The notes below the pieces were generated by a model. The model did no database searches. It saw only the letters and a list, made by a program, of their open reading frames with translations, and was not told the DNA's origin. This document shows positions 8,964-18,600 of a stretch of DNA of 64,000 nt, in pieces (the first letter of the stretch is position 1; each line of letters starts with the position of its first letter). The translations under genes were made by a program, and so were the position numbers. The DNA is from Gammaproteobacteria bacterium (GTDB taxonomy: Bacteria > Pseudomonadota > Gammaproteobacteria > JAJDYQ01): the NCBI GenBank assembly GCA_028289815.1, contig JAPYNQ010000078.1:49471-113470 (forward strand). The letters run 5' to 3'.

Positions 8964-11087
8964 TTAACTCCGGCGCCAGCGGTGATACCTCTCAGCCCAT
9001 TTCAGCAGGCTTTGTGGCGCATGCGCCTTCTTCCAGTTTCCAGCGGCAAACTTGTTCGCTTCGGAGAGAGTGGGGTAGATATGGATGGTCCCCAGGATTT
9101 TGTTCAGCCCCAGGTTATGCCTCATGGCAAGAATAAATTCGCTGATTAAGTCTCCGGCATGTTCGCCGACAATGGTAGCTCCCAGAATCCTGTCCTTACC
9201 CGGTTTGGTCAGAATCTTGACCATGCCGTGGTCTTCTTCGTCAGCTATTGCCCGGTCCAGATCATCAATGCCGTATATTGTAATTTCATGGGCGATATCT
9301 TGCTGCCGGGCCTCCTGCTCGTTCAAGCCGACACGGGCCACTTCAGGGTCAGTAAAGGTACACCAGGGAATGACGGAATAATCCACCTTAAACTTCTTGA
9401 TACCGAGCAGGGCATTGACCGATGCGTACCAAGCCTGATGCGAGGCTGTATGGGTAAACTGATAGGGTCCGGCGACATCGCCGCATGCATAGATGCTGGG
9501 GTATCGGGTTTGCAGGAATTCATTCGTGTCGATGGTGTGGTGCTCATCTAGGCTGATTTTCAAATTTTCCAGACCATAGCCAGTGGTACGGGCTTTTCGA
9601 CCGACCGCAAATAGCACAGCGTCAAATTTAAAGCACACTTCTTCGTCGTTATGCCGACAGACGAGTGTATTTCTGTCTTTAAAGCGAACCGGCGTATGGC
9701 TGGTGCAGACATGAATACCTTCCTGTGAAAATCTTTCCGCGATGATCGCCGAAATGTCCTCATCCTCTTTCGGCATAAGGCGGGTGCCGCGATGCACATG
9801 GGTTACTTGGCTGGAGAAGCGTGCAAAAGCCTGCGCCAGCTCGCAGCCAATCGGTCCTCCACCGATCACAATTAATCTCTGGGGTAACTCCCGTATACTC
9901 CAGATCGTATCGGATGTAAAAAAATTGATATTCTCGATCCCTGCTATTGGTGGTACGTAAGGTTCGGCGCCAGCAGCGATAATAATGGCCGGTGTATGAA
10001 TGGCCTGTCCATTAACTTCCACCGTCCAGGGAGAAGTGATGGTGGCATCGCCCTCAATACAGTCAACGCCAAGTCCGCTGTAACGTTCAACCGAATCATG
10101 CGGTTCAACTAGGCTGATTTTTTGTTGAACCCGTTCCATGATATCTGCAAAATCAAAAGATACTTTCGTTTCGTTGATGCCGAATTCACGGCAGCGCTTG
10201 GCGTGCGACAGAAACTTCGCCGAGCGGATTAAAGCCTTGGATGGAACGCAGCCGGTATTCAGACAATCCCCGCCCATCTTGTGCTTTTCAACAAGCGTGA
10301 CTCGGGCCTTGATTGCTGCTGCAATATAAGCGCTCACCAAGCCTGCGGAACCGGCACCAATGACGACCAGGTTGGTATCGAATTTACGAGGCTTTTCCCA
10401 GCCGCGATAGACTCGCCGGGCTTTAATGAAATCCAGCAGTTTGCGAGCCAGCAACGGAAAAATCCCCAGCAGAGTAAATGCAAAAATAAGTTCGACCGAC
10501 AGGATGCCGCCCAATGATTCAATTTCTCCCAGCTGCGTACCTGCATATACATACACAACCGTACCGGCAAACATGCCAACCTGACTGACCCAGTAGAAAG
10601 TCCAGATTCTTATAGGCGTCAGTCCCATCAGCAGGTTGATAATAAAGAACGGAAAAGCAGGTACCAGCCGCAGGGCAAACAGATAAAAGGCACCATCCTT
10701 TTCGATGCCTTTATTGATTGCCCGGAGTTTGCCGCCGAACTTTTGCTGCACTGTGTCCCGCAACAGGTAACGGGATACCAGAAAGGCCGCGGTGGCACCG
10801 ATGGTTGATGCAAATGAAATAATGACAACGCCCGAGACTAGGCCGAATATCGCACCGCCGACCAACGTAAGTACCGCTGCTCCAGGCAGTGACAAGCCGG
10901 TAACGGCGACATAGATCAGAAAGAATCCGCTGATCATCGTGGCAGGATTTTCCTGATACCATAAATCAATTTGTTGCTGCTGTGATTTCAGATAAGAGAG
11001 ATTTAGAAACTGATCCAGATCATAAAAAAAGAATAGCGCCACAGCAGAAATCAGCAGGACTATGACGATGACTTTATTCGGTTTCAT
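8964..11087 (-). CDS. Bifunctional TVP38/TMEM64 (DedA)-family membrane domain fused to an FAD-dependent pyridine nucleotide-disulfide oxidoreductase (mercuric reductase/dihydrolipoamide dehydrogenase-like)
   Basis: 707 aa. The N-terminal 230 aa form a DedA/SNARE-associated polytopic domain. The C-terminal region has the dinucleotide fold VVIGAGSAGL, the redox-active disulfide GGDCLNTGCVPSK and a dimerisation domain. Confidence 0.8.
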   Translation of the reverse strand: MKPNKVIVIVLLISAVALFFFYDLDQFLNLSYLKSQQQQIDLWYQENPATMISGFFLIYVAVTGLSLPGAAVLTLVGGAIFGLVSGVVIISFASTIGATAAFLVSRYLLRDTVQQKFGGKLRAINKGIEKDGAFYLFALRLVPAFPFFIINLLMGLTPIRIWTFYWVSQVGMFAGTVVYVYAGTQLGEIESLGGILSVELIFAFTLLGIFPLLARKLLDFIKARRVYRGWEKPRKFDTNLVVIGAGSAGLVSAYIAAAIKARVTLVEKHKMGGDCLNTGCVPSKALIRSAKFLSHAKRCREFGINETKVSFDFADIMERVQQKISLVEPHDSVERYSGLGVDCIEGDATITSPWTVEVNGQAIHTPAIIIAAGAEPYVPPIAGIENINFFTSDTIWSIRELPQRLIVIGGGPIGCELAQAFARFSSQVTHVHRGTRLMPKEDEDISAIIAERFSQEGIHVCTSHTPVRFKDRNTLVCRHNDEEVCFKFDAVLFAVGRKARTTGYGLENLKISLDEHHTIDTNEFLQTRYPSIYACGDVAGPYQFTHTASHQAWYASVNALLGIKKFKVDYSVIPWCTFTDPEVARVGLNEQEARQQDIAHEITIYGIDDLDRAIADEEDHGMVKILTKPGKDRILGATIVGEHAGDLISEFILAMRHNLGLNKILGTIHIYPTLSEANKFAAGNWKKAHAPQSLLKWAERYHRWRRS

Positions 11088-11138
11088 GGGACACCTGTTA
11101 TTGATGGGGCTATCGTTTTGCGATGCGGTCTGCTGATT

Positions 11139-13124
11139 CTACCATGTTCCACGTAACAATTTTTCTTCGGCAATTTCGAGTTCCTCCGTGCCACCTTCCA
11201 GCAGCAGTGCGTCGCCAGCCCTGAGTACCATATCCGGGTCGGGACTATCGCCGCGAATATTACCCCGCCTGACGGATAGAACACTGACGCCCATTTCGGA
11301 AATATGCAGGTCCTCAATGGTCTGGCCAATGGTTTGGCTGTTGGCAGCCAGTACCACGGTATGCCGACGATAGTGGTCAGAAGGCATGTCCTCCACGCTT
11401 TCTGTCTGGATGCCGTGAAAATAGCCACGCAGATTGTAATAATGATCCGCCCGCGTTTTTTCAATCAGATACAGTATGTCTTTGGTTGGTACTTTGAGGA
11501 CCTCGAGCAGAAGAGTCGCCAGCATCATGCTTGACTCCAGTTTTTCCGGTACAACCTTGTGGGCACCGGCTTGTTCCAGATCCTCAAGGTATAAATCGTT
11601 TTCAGTACGTACAATAACCGGAAGCTCCGGATTGCGGCCATGCGCGGTTTTAATGATTTTACTCGCGCTATGGCTATCAGTTGAGGTGATAATCATCGCC
11701 TTGGCACGCTTTACCCCGGCTGCACGCAACATGTGAATATGTGTGGCATCACCATAATAGACTCGTTCACCGGCTTCATAGGCTTCACGTACGATTATCG
11801 GGTCCAGATCCAGCCCCACATATTCAATATTCTGCTGCCGCAAAAAAGACGCCAGATTCTGACCGATACGACCATATCCGACGATAATAACGTGATTGCG
11901 CAGCTCTCTGGAGGCATGAAAGATATTTTTGGCGCGTGTCTGATGTTGCTTCAGATAGCTCTTTGTATAAAGTTTTCTGGCGATATTGCCATTTTCCCGA
12001 ATCAGTAACGGAGCAATAATCATACTGGCGATAATGGCTGCGAGAATGGCTTGGCTGTCCTGTACGGACAGCAACTCCCGGTTTAACGCCAAGGCGAGCA
12101 ATGCAAAGCCGAACTCCCCACCCTGGGCAAGAATCAGAGCAGTGCGCACCGCCACGGCATTTTCATAACCCATTGCCCGACTGATAACTACCACCAGCAG
12201 GCCTTTGCCAACAACCAGCACTAACAATAACAGCAATGCCTGCAGCCAGATAGCAGGGATCATGGATATGTCCAGTTGAATGCCGATGGTAATGAAAAAA
12301 AGTCCCATAAATACATCTCGGAACGGACGAATATCAATCTCAATCTGATGCCGATACTCAGATTCTCCCAGCATGATACCGGCAAGCAACGCACCCATAG
12401 CGGCGGACAGGCCCATAATATGGGTCAGGGCGCCGGCCATCAGAGCAATAAACAACACAGTCAAGGTGAATAATTCGGCTGAACGGGCAGCAGCCACCAT
12501 ATGGAAAATCGGCCGCAAAACCCAGCGCCCTAATGCGATCATGAAGATAAGGGCGGTAGTCGCCTTCACTAGTGCCAGCGACAGCTCAACGCCCATATTA
12601 CTGTTAGACTCACCGGCCATAATTGGAATAATGGCCAGAAATGGTACTACCGCCAGATCCTGGAACAGCAATGTTCCTAGTGCCAGTCGACCATGACGTG
12701 ACTGCATCTCCAGCTGCTCGGTGAGCTGCTTGGCAGCAATCGCTGTCGAAGACAAGGCGATAGCGCCGCCAACCACGACAGAACCTGCCCAGCTGATGCC
12801 CATGATATGAGCAACCACGATGCCGACGACCGTAGTTAATACAACCTGAGCACTACCAAGGCCGAACACTGCTTTTTTCATGGAAAAAAGCTGTGCCAGT
12901 GAAAACTCCAAGCCGATTGAAAACAGCAGAAAGGCCACACCGATTTCAGCCAGTAGATGAATCGAATGCTCATTTTCCACCATACCCAGCGCATGTGGGC
13001 CGACGCCAATGCCGACAAACAGATAGGCAAGAATAGGCGGCAGGCTGAATTTTCTCAGCACTATCACCAGTACAATCGACATGGCCAGCAAGGCCAGCAC
13101 AATATACAGAATATATTCGGGCAC
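11139..13124 (-). CDS. CPA2-family monovalent cation:proton antiporter (KefB/KefC/YbaL-like) with TrkA-N/TrkA-C regulatory domains
   Basis: 661 aa. It has an N-terminal Na+/H+ exchanger membrane domain, followed by the Rossmann segment VIIVGYGRIGQNLA and a C-terminal TrkA-C domain. Confidence 0.8.
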   Translation of the reverse strand: MPEYILYIVLALLAMSIVLVIVLRKFSLPPILAYLFVGIGVGPHALGMVENEHSIHLLAEIGVAFLLFSIGLEFSLAQLFSMKKAVFGLGSAQVVLTTVVGIVVAHIMGISWAGSVVVGGAIALSSTAIAAKQLTEQLEMQSRHGRLALGTLLFQDLAVVPFLAIIPIMAGESNSNMGVELSLALVKATTALIFMIALGRWVLRPIFHMVAAARSAELFTLTVLFIALMAGALTHIMGLSAAMGALLAGIMLGESEYRHQIEIDIRPFRDVFMGLFFITIGIQLDISMIPAIWLQALLLLLVLVVGKGLLVVVISRAMGYENAVAVRTALILAQGGEFGFALLALALNRELLSVQDSQAILAAIIASMIIAPLLIRENGNIARKLYTKSYLKQHQTRAKNIFHASRELRNHVIIVGYGRIGQNLASFLRQQNIEYVGLDLDPIIVREAYEAGERVYYGDATHIHMLRAAGVKRAKAMIITSTDSHSASKIIKTAHGRNPELPVIVRTENDLYLEDLEQAGAHKVVPEKLESSMMLATLLLEVLKVPTKDILYLIEKTRADHYYNLRGYFHGIQTESVEDMPSDHYRRHTVVLAANSQTIGQTIEDLHISEMGVSVLSVRRGNIRGDSPDPDMVLRAGDALLLEGGTEELEIAEEKLLRGTW

Positions 13125-13328
13125 GGTTTCTCCCGGTTAGCAGGCAGTAGCCTGCCAATAAAACAGCGTGATATTAGTGCCTCATCTCCCGGGCACCTGT
13201 CTATTGTGCCCCAAAAGACATCTGTTTGTGCATCAGTCGGATAGGAAAAGCACGTAAAGAGCGCGTCGGTGGACAGATTTGCCGAACCCACTTGGTCTTA
13301 GTGTCGGCGAGTGAGCTTATTGAATCTG

Positions 13329-13560
13329 TTAAATGTGTAAGCTCGCCACGTTAGTTGGTGGAATTCCCAAAGCCTGAATGAGAGTGTGGTATCGCAGGCC
13401 GGTATGTTGATGGCGATGGTAGTGGCGCAACAACAGAGCTAGCATAAGCCTGTTTATGTATAATAATGTGGCTTGGATAAAGTATTCCACCTTGTCGTTG
13501 GTGCGCGGGGCATAGAGACGGGTTTTGATATGACGCAGTTTCAAACGTTGGTATAATCAT
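13329..13560 (-). pseudogene. Relic of an IS481-family transposase (C-terminal about 75 codons only)
   Basis: The translation QRLKLRHIKTRLYAPRTNDKVEYFIQATLL...LRHYHRHQHTGL...PP matches the conserved IS481 integrase C-terminus (HIRTRPYRPQTNGKAERFIQTLL...WLHHYNHHRPHSGLG..PP). The upstream DDE region is absent; a DUF3465 gene lies there instead. Confidence 0.55.
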
Positions 13561-13789
13561 CGGAGGCGCTTTGAGTGGTAGCAGGGGTCGTTGGCTGGTC
13601 ATCACGGGAAAGAGGGTGATACCTGAGGTTTGGAAGTAGTGCCGGGTAGTGCATGCTTGTGGTGCAGGTGCTGTGTGTATTTTCGTTGGGTTGGATGCAC
13701 AGGCGAAGCTGGGCCAAGAGGGGTCGTTTATGGCGACATGCACATTAAGGTATTAACCGGATTTACTTTTTACGCAGCTTACGCAGCAA

Positions 13790-14236
13790 CTACTTATAAG
13801 TGATGCCATTATGAATTAACCAGCCGTCTTTATGGCGGCCTTTTGGATCATGATGCGTCCAGTGCAAAACTCCACCCTTCGTATTCCATTCATATTCACC
13901 GTAAAATTTGACCATATCACCTGTACGTAGTGAATTGATGCGAGGAGACAAATCTATATTGTGTGCAACAAGCAGGGTTTGTCCTGTCGATAATTTCAAG
14001 ATAAATCTTTGGTGGCGGCTACCTTTCAAGTCATCTGGTAGAATTTTTATAACTCTTCCGGAACCACTAACTTGCAGATTACTCTGCCTGTTTCTATACG
14101 CCCCTTGTAGTATTTCATCGCTTGAGGAGTATTCGGCAGCAAACGATGACTGAAAGACTTGGTTCGTATTGGAGTTTTTATGAAGATATTCATAAACTCC
14201 AAAGCATACCAAGGATATAAAAATTAATTTTTTCAT
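13790..14236 (-). CDS. DUF3465 family protein, predicted secreted
   Basis: 148 aa. It has an N-terminal signal peptide, and motifs HQRFILKL..GQTLLVAHNIDLSPR...GDMVKFYGEYEWNTKGGVLHWTHHDPKGRHKDGW that I recognise as the DUF3465 signature. Confidence 0.6.
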   Translation of the reverse strand: MKKLIFISLVCFGVYEYLHKNSNTNQVFQSSFAAEYSSSDEILQGAYRNRQSNLQVSGSGRVIKILPDDLKGSRHQRFILKLSTGQTLLVAHNIDLSPRINSLRTGDMVKFYGEYEWNTKGGVLHWTHHDPKGRHKDGWLIHNGITYK

Positions 14237-14291
14237 CCTTATCCTCGTGGTTATCGACAGGCTAATAATTTAGTCATGTAACATCGTCTAC

Positions 14292-15866
14292 TTATTCTCT
14301 TTGTTCCCCCGAGTCTATATCGTCGAACAGGCGGTCAAATTCAGCTTGGGTCATATCATTTTCTGCTGATGGTTCGCTTGATATGGAGTCCGTTTCAAGG
14401 TCTATGTCGTCAAACCAGTCGTTCGTGTCCGTAGTCTTCATGTCGTCATCAGCATGACCGGAGCCGGTCGGTTCTTCCGAGGGCATCATTACCGTGTCCT
14501 CCATATCATGGGCCATGCCGGATGCTGCTTGGCTGCCCGGTGCTTGCACAACGGTTGCATCTGAATGCTCCATGTCCGGTTCAATGAACTCGAATACAAA
14601 GTCGCCGAATGCCAGCATATCGCCATGTTTCAGTGACTTTTCTTCTCCCAACTGAACATCGTTCAGTCGGGTGCCGTTGCCGCTGCCCTGGTCCATCACC
14701 CGAAAACCGTGATTGCGGTACTCAATAACGGCATGATGACGGCTGATGCTTGTTTCAGGTATGACGATATGGGTAACGTCGGTTGTTTGCTTGCCCTCAA
14801 TACGACCAATTTGGGTGATCGGGGTGGTGATGAGATGCTCTTTGGTGCCTGTAATGCCGGAGATATCAATGAGCTTAGCATGGGGCATCCCGGTGCTTCC
14901 TGCAGCGGTGACCGTTGGGGCCGTACCGGAACGAACACGCAGCAACAAGGCCACGAGCAGTAATGCGACAATGCCATAGAGGAGATATAGTGTCTTTGTG
15001 TCTGTTTCGGCGGCCTGCTCGGGAATTTGTACGATAATCGGCTTTGGCGGCGGTGGGCTGGGTTCGGCGGGCGCAGGTGGGGGTGGTACTGGTCTGGTGG
15101 CTTCCGCAGCGGCTTGACGCGCTGCTGCAATGGCATCTTGTATGCGATCAAAAACCGGTGATATCTTATCGGCTGTGAATGCGCGGTAGTATTCTGCGTC
15201 GGTTTGCTGGGCCAACGACTGTATAAGCTGGAAATCCGCGCCGTCGGTAAACGCAATACCAAAAATTCTGATGTCGTTACTTTTGGCATCGGCGGCCAAT
15301 TCCTTTCGCATCCAATCCAGTTTGCTGGCATCTTTTTGTTTGTCGCCGGTGTCCACAATACCGTCTGTTAAAAAGACGATGAAGCGTTCGGTATCTTCGC
15401 GAGCATACAGCTTCAATTCATAGATAGCGCGCTCCAGCCCATCCGGACTATTGGTGTGTAGCCCTCTGTAGTCTATCTGATCAAGGCTGGCCAGCATCTC
15501 GGTACGGCTTGCGTCGGATAACTCCGTCAGCGGAAAGGATAGCCTGACCTTTTGGTCAAAAATGACGATGCCGAGGCGAGTATTGAAATCCAGCTGGCTG
15601 ATAAATTTCCTGACCGCCTTGGTCATCAGGAGCTCCGGGTCGTTAGTCTTCATACTGCCGGAGTTATCCAGTAACAGCATAATGTCACTGGCGATGCCGC
15701 TGTGATCAATTGACTGATCAAGCGGAGTATTCGCAGCAGTTTCTGTCGGAACTGGTTCAAGGTGATCGACTAGGCTGTCAGGCTGTTGGGCGAGCACCGG
15801 ATAGAGTGTCGAAACAGCTGTTGCCAGTAGCAATGAGACTGTGGTTACGCGAAGACTATTGAGCAT
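14292..15866 (-). CDS. Membrane-anchored signalling protein: signal peptide - periplasmic vWA domain - Pro-rich linker - TM helix - cytoplasmic FHA domain - acidic tail
   Basis: The vWA domain has a MIDAS (LLLDNSGSM ... FLTDG). The linker is PVPPPPAPAEPSPPPPKP. The TM helix is LYLLYGIVALLLVALLL. The FHA core is IGRIEG...SRHHAVIEY...FRVMDQGSGNGTRLN. The C-terminus is D/E-rich. Confidence 0.75.
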   Translation of the reverse strand: MLNSLRVTTVSLLLATAVSTLYPVLAQQPDSLVDHLEPVPTETAANTPLDQSIDHSGIASDIMLLLDNSGSMKTNDPELLMTKAVRKFISQLDFNTRLGIVIFDQKVRLSFPLTELSDASRTEMLASLDQIDYRGLHTNSPDGLERAIYELKLYAREDTERFIVFLTDGIVDTGDKQKDASKLDWMRKELAADAKSNDIRIFGIAFTDGADFQLIQSLAQQTDAEYYRAFTADKISPVFDRIQDAIAAARQAAAEATRPVPPPPAPAEPSPPPPKPIIVQIPEQAAETDTKTLYLLYGIVALLLVALLLRVRSGTAPTVTAAGSTGMPHAKLIDISGITGTKEHLITTPITQIGRIEGKQTTDVTHIVIPETSISRHHAVIEYRNHGFRVMDQGSGNGTRLNDVQLGEEKSLKHGDMLAFGDFVFEFIEPDMEHSDATVVQAPGSQAASGMAHDMEDTVMMPSEEPTGSGHADDDMKTTDTNDWFDDIDLETDSISSEPSAENDMTQAEFDRLFDDIDSGEQRE

Positions 15867-15947
15867 TTGCTATTAGATTCCAACCGGTTTGCAGTATCGT
15901 TAGTAATGATGTCTGCTGATTTCTCAATTTTTCATCTCCTTGGCTAT

Positions 15948-16084
15948 TTAGTCCAGCAATAATTTAAAGCTGGCCGCGCCCATTGTTATCAGCCAAGCGG
16001 AGATTCCTACAATGATTGTAATTTCATACCATTTGATGTTTTTACTCAATGGCGTGATGTCATCTTGGGTTTTTACGGTTTCCA
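15948..16084 (-). CDS. Possible small membrane protein (45 aa), hypothetical
   Basis: The ORF is METVKTQDDITPLSKNIKWYEITIIVGISAWLITMGAASFKLLLD, with one predicted TM helix. It is on the same strand as the vWA-FHA gene, 81 nt upstream of it. The RBS is weak, and the ORF is below the size cutoff of the supplied track. Confidence 0.2.
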
Positions 16085-16209
16085 TGAAGGTTTTTCTAAT
16101 CCGTTTCCAGTTTAATTTTTTCCATTTTTTTCTCTGCTGCTGATGTTAGGTATATCCCTGAATTATATGACTTCTGCAAAAATATTCCGGGTGATCGCCT
16201 CCACAAAAA

Positions 16210-16285
16210 TGGTGCCGGTGAGAGGATTCGAACCTCTGACCTCCGCATTACGAATGCGCTGCTCTACCAGCTGAGCTACACCGGC
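16210..16285 (-). tRNA. tRNA-Thr (anticodon CGT)
   Basis: The reverse complement GCCGGTGTAGCTCAGCTGGTAGAGCAGCGCATTCGTAATGCGGAGGTCAGAGGTTCGAATCCTCTCACCGGCACCA folds as a cloverleaf and is near-identical in arms to E. coli thrW. CCA is encoded. Confidence 0.9.
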
Positions 16286-16308
16286 AATCGGGTTGCGCTG
16301 GTTATTAG

Positions 16309-17427
16309 TCATCCCGCATTGTTCCTGACCAATGACCCGGTTTGTTCCCAAGCGTAGTCGGCAGGTGCCAGTATAGGCGGACGCCCCAGTATCATATCGC
16401 TACAGAGCCTGGCAGATGCCAGACCCGTAACTATACCATTTCGGTAGTGGCCTGTATTGTAGAACAGGTTCCTGCAGTCAGGATGCTGACCAATGAACGG
16501 TGTTTGCCTGTCGTTACCCGGCCTGAGCCCTGCCCAGTGATTAATTAGTGGAGCAGATTTCAGTACCGGGAAGAGTGATATGGCCTTTTTTCTGAGGGTT
16601 GTCGCGACTTCTTCGCTGGTTGTTTTATTAAAACCACAGTGCTCTAGGCTGCTTCCCGCAAGCACCTTGCCGTTTTTGCGGGGAATGATGTAGTGGTCCT
16701 TGTATAGGGTGATTGTTCTGATGGTGTCAGGGCGGGTTTGGAATTGAATCATCTGTCCCTTGACGGGTCGTACGGCCATATGGGGCAATCCATATTGTTC
16801 TAGGCTACCGCTCCATGCGCCGGCGGTAATCAGTATACAACCCGCAGCATGATCACCGCCTGATGTTCTGACTGCTTTTACGATCCGATCATTGGTTCGT
16901 ACACCGATCAGGGCGGTATCTTCCAGAATCTTAATCTGCAGTTGCCTAGCTTTGGCTGCCAGCGCCTGTAAGAGGCGCGGGCTTCTGATCTGTCCGATTT
17001 TCGGGGCCCATAACGCCTTGATATGTTGATCTGAAAGGCCGGGTTCGAGCCATTTTAATTTCTCGCCGGATACATATTCAGCTTTCACAAGGAACCTTTT
17101 AGACCAGCGTTCAACCACATCCACATCCGGTTCTGCATCAAGTATCAGGTGTCCGCATGTAAGCCATTCCGGGTCAATATTCGTGTCCGTGTGAAGGGTA
17201 GTTAGAAATTCAGGGTAATGGCGCAGGCTCCATGTGACCAAGGCATTGACGGGATCTGGACATCGCCAAGGGTAGATAGGCAAGAGGATCCCGCCGCCGG
17301 CCCAGGATGACTCCCGACCAAGCCGGTTTTTTTCTATGATGCAGACCTTCTGGCCAGAATCTGCCAGCTCAATGGCAGACAGCAGACCGGAGATTCCAGC
17401 ACCCACAATAATAACGTCATAACTCAT
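16309..17427 (-). CDS. thiO: FAD-dependent glycine oxidase ThiO-like oxidoreductase
   Basis: It starts [15 protein letters not shown] (a dinucleotide-binding motif) and has the DAO-family C-terminus NTGHYRNGIV. The ATG overlaps the ispH stop in an ATGA arrangement. Confidence 0.65.
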   Translation of the reverse strand: MSYDVIIVGAGISGLLSAIELADSGQKVCIIEKNRLGRESSWAGGGILLPIYPWRCPDPVNALVTWSLRHYPEFLTTLHTDTNIDPEWLTCGHLILDAEPDVDVVERWSKRFLVKAEYVSGEKLKWLEPGLSDQHIKALWAPKIGQIRSPRLLQALAAKARQLQIKILEDTALIGVRTNDRIVKAVRTSGGDHAAGCILITAGAWSGSLEQYGLPHMAVRPVKGQMIQFQTRPDTIRTITLYKDHYIIPRKNGKVLAGSSLEHCGFNKTTSEEVATTLRKKAISLFPVLKSAPLINHWAGLRPGNDRQTPFIGQHPDCRNLFYNTGHYRNGIVTGLASARLCSDMILGRPPILAPADYAWEQTGSLVRNNAG

Positions 17428-18377
17428 CAACTGAGAGTGGTGTTCAGGTTCCTTAATTCTGGCGGCAGATTGAATACGACGTTTTCCCTTATTCCACCTG
17501 ATTCCTCCGTTAGTGAGTAACCTAGTGTCCCTAGTTTGTTGATAACCTGTCGGACGAGTATTTCGGGAGCCGAGGCACCTGCAGTGACGCCGATGGTGGT
17601 TTTGCCTTGTAACCACCCGGGTTCCAGCCGGTCTGCTCCATCTATGAGATAGGCTGATATGTTTTTCTTTTCAGCGATTTCGCGCAGACGATTGGAGTTG
17701 GAACTGTTGTGAGAACCGACAACAATAATGATATCGCATTCATTGGCGAGGTTGTTGACGGCGTTCTGGCGATTTTGTGTGGCGTAACAGATGTCATCTT
17801 TTTTTGGCCCCTTTATTTGCGGAAATTTGTTTTGCAGGGCAGCTACAATAGCTCGGGTATCATCAAGTGAAAGGGTTGTCTGAGTAACATAATGAAGATC
17901 ATCGGGATTTTTAACCTTTAACTGACTCGCTTCTTCCACTTGGCCAACCAGATAGATGCCGCCATCGGGATTATTGTATTGGCCGAGCGTCCCTTCCACT
18001 TCAGGGTGCCCGGTGTGACCGATAAGAATAACTTCCTGGCCGGCATTGGAATGCCGGACTACCTCCATATGTACCTTGGTCACCAGCGGGCAGGTCGCAT
18101 CAAATACCCTGAGATTACGTTTTTTAGCGTTGGCCCGCACTTGTTGCGAAACTCCGTGTGCGCTGAAAATTGCCGTGGCTCCCCGTGGGATTTCGTGGAT
18201 TTCTTCAACGAAAATCGCCCCTTTGTCGCGTAACTGGTTAACAACATACTTATTATGTACGACTTCATGACGGACATAGATCGGCGAACCAAAGGACTCA
18301 AGGGCGCGCTCGACAATTTCGATTGCGCGATCTACGCCAGCGCAAAAACCACGGGGATTAGCAAGTATGACTTTCAT
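17427..18377 (-). CDS. ispH: 4-hydroxy-3-methylbut-2-enyl diphosphate reductase
   Basis: [23 protein letters not shown]... HEVVHN ... are canonical IspH/LytB motifs. The start is taken at the internal Met. Confidence 0.9.
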   Translation of the reverse strand: MKVILANPRGFCAGVDRAIEIVERALESFGSPIYVRHEVVHNKYVVNQLRDKGAIFVEEIHEIPRGATAIFSAHGVSQQVRANAKKRNLRVFDATCPLVTKVHMEVVRHSNAGQEVILIGHTGHPEVEGTLGQYNNPDGGIYLVGQVEEASQLKVKNPDDLHYVTQTTLSLDDTRAIVAALQNKFPQIKGPKKDDICYATQNRQNAVNNLANECDIIIVVGSHNSSNSNRLREIAEKKNISAYLIDGADRLEPGWLQGKTTIGVTAGASAPEILVRQVINKLGTLGYSLTEESGGIRENVVFNLPPELRNLNTTLS

Positions 18378-18600
18378 AGTAAAGCCGCAGAGTGAGTAAT
18401 GTTTCAAGGAAGCTCTGAATTAATCAAGGACTTTCCTCGGTACAGCGTAATATTTGTATCCGGCATGGGACTGTCCCGATAATGCAGCTGTATCCTTGGT
18501 TGCTCAGCCGGAAAAAATGGTCGTACCCGAGCAGCTTTTGGTAACCAACTGCTATAATTGACCATCTTCATTATAGCCTGACAATTTTAGGAGACACCCT

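Noticed and set aside
13200-13330. Possible direct repeat of the tRNA-Thr 3' end that would mark the far boundary of the islet
   Set aside because: There is only a weak, gapped similarity (GATTTGCCGAACCC versus GATTCGAACC); it is not convincing by eye.
13351-13743. 130-aa minus-strand ORF over the IS relic region
   Set aside because: It is Pro/Ser-rich and low-complexity and has no transposase motifs. The IS481-like residues are in a different frame (13329-13560).
14696-15358. 220-aa minus-strand ORF inside the vWA-FHA gene
   Set aside because: It is an alternative frame of the proline-rich linker region and is compositionally driven.
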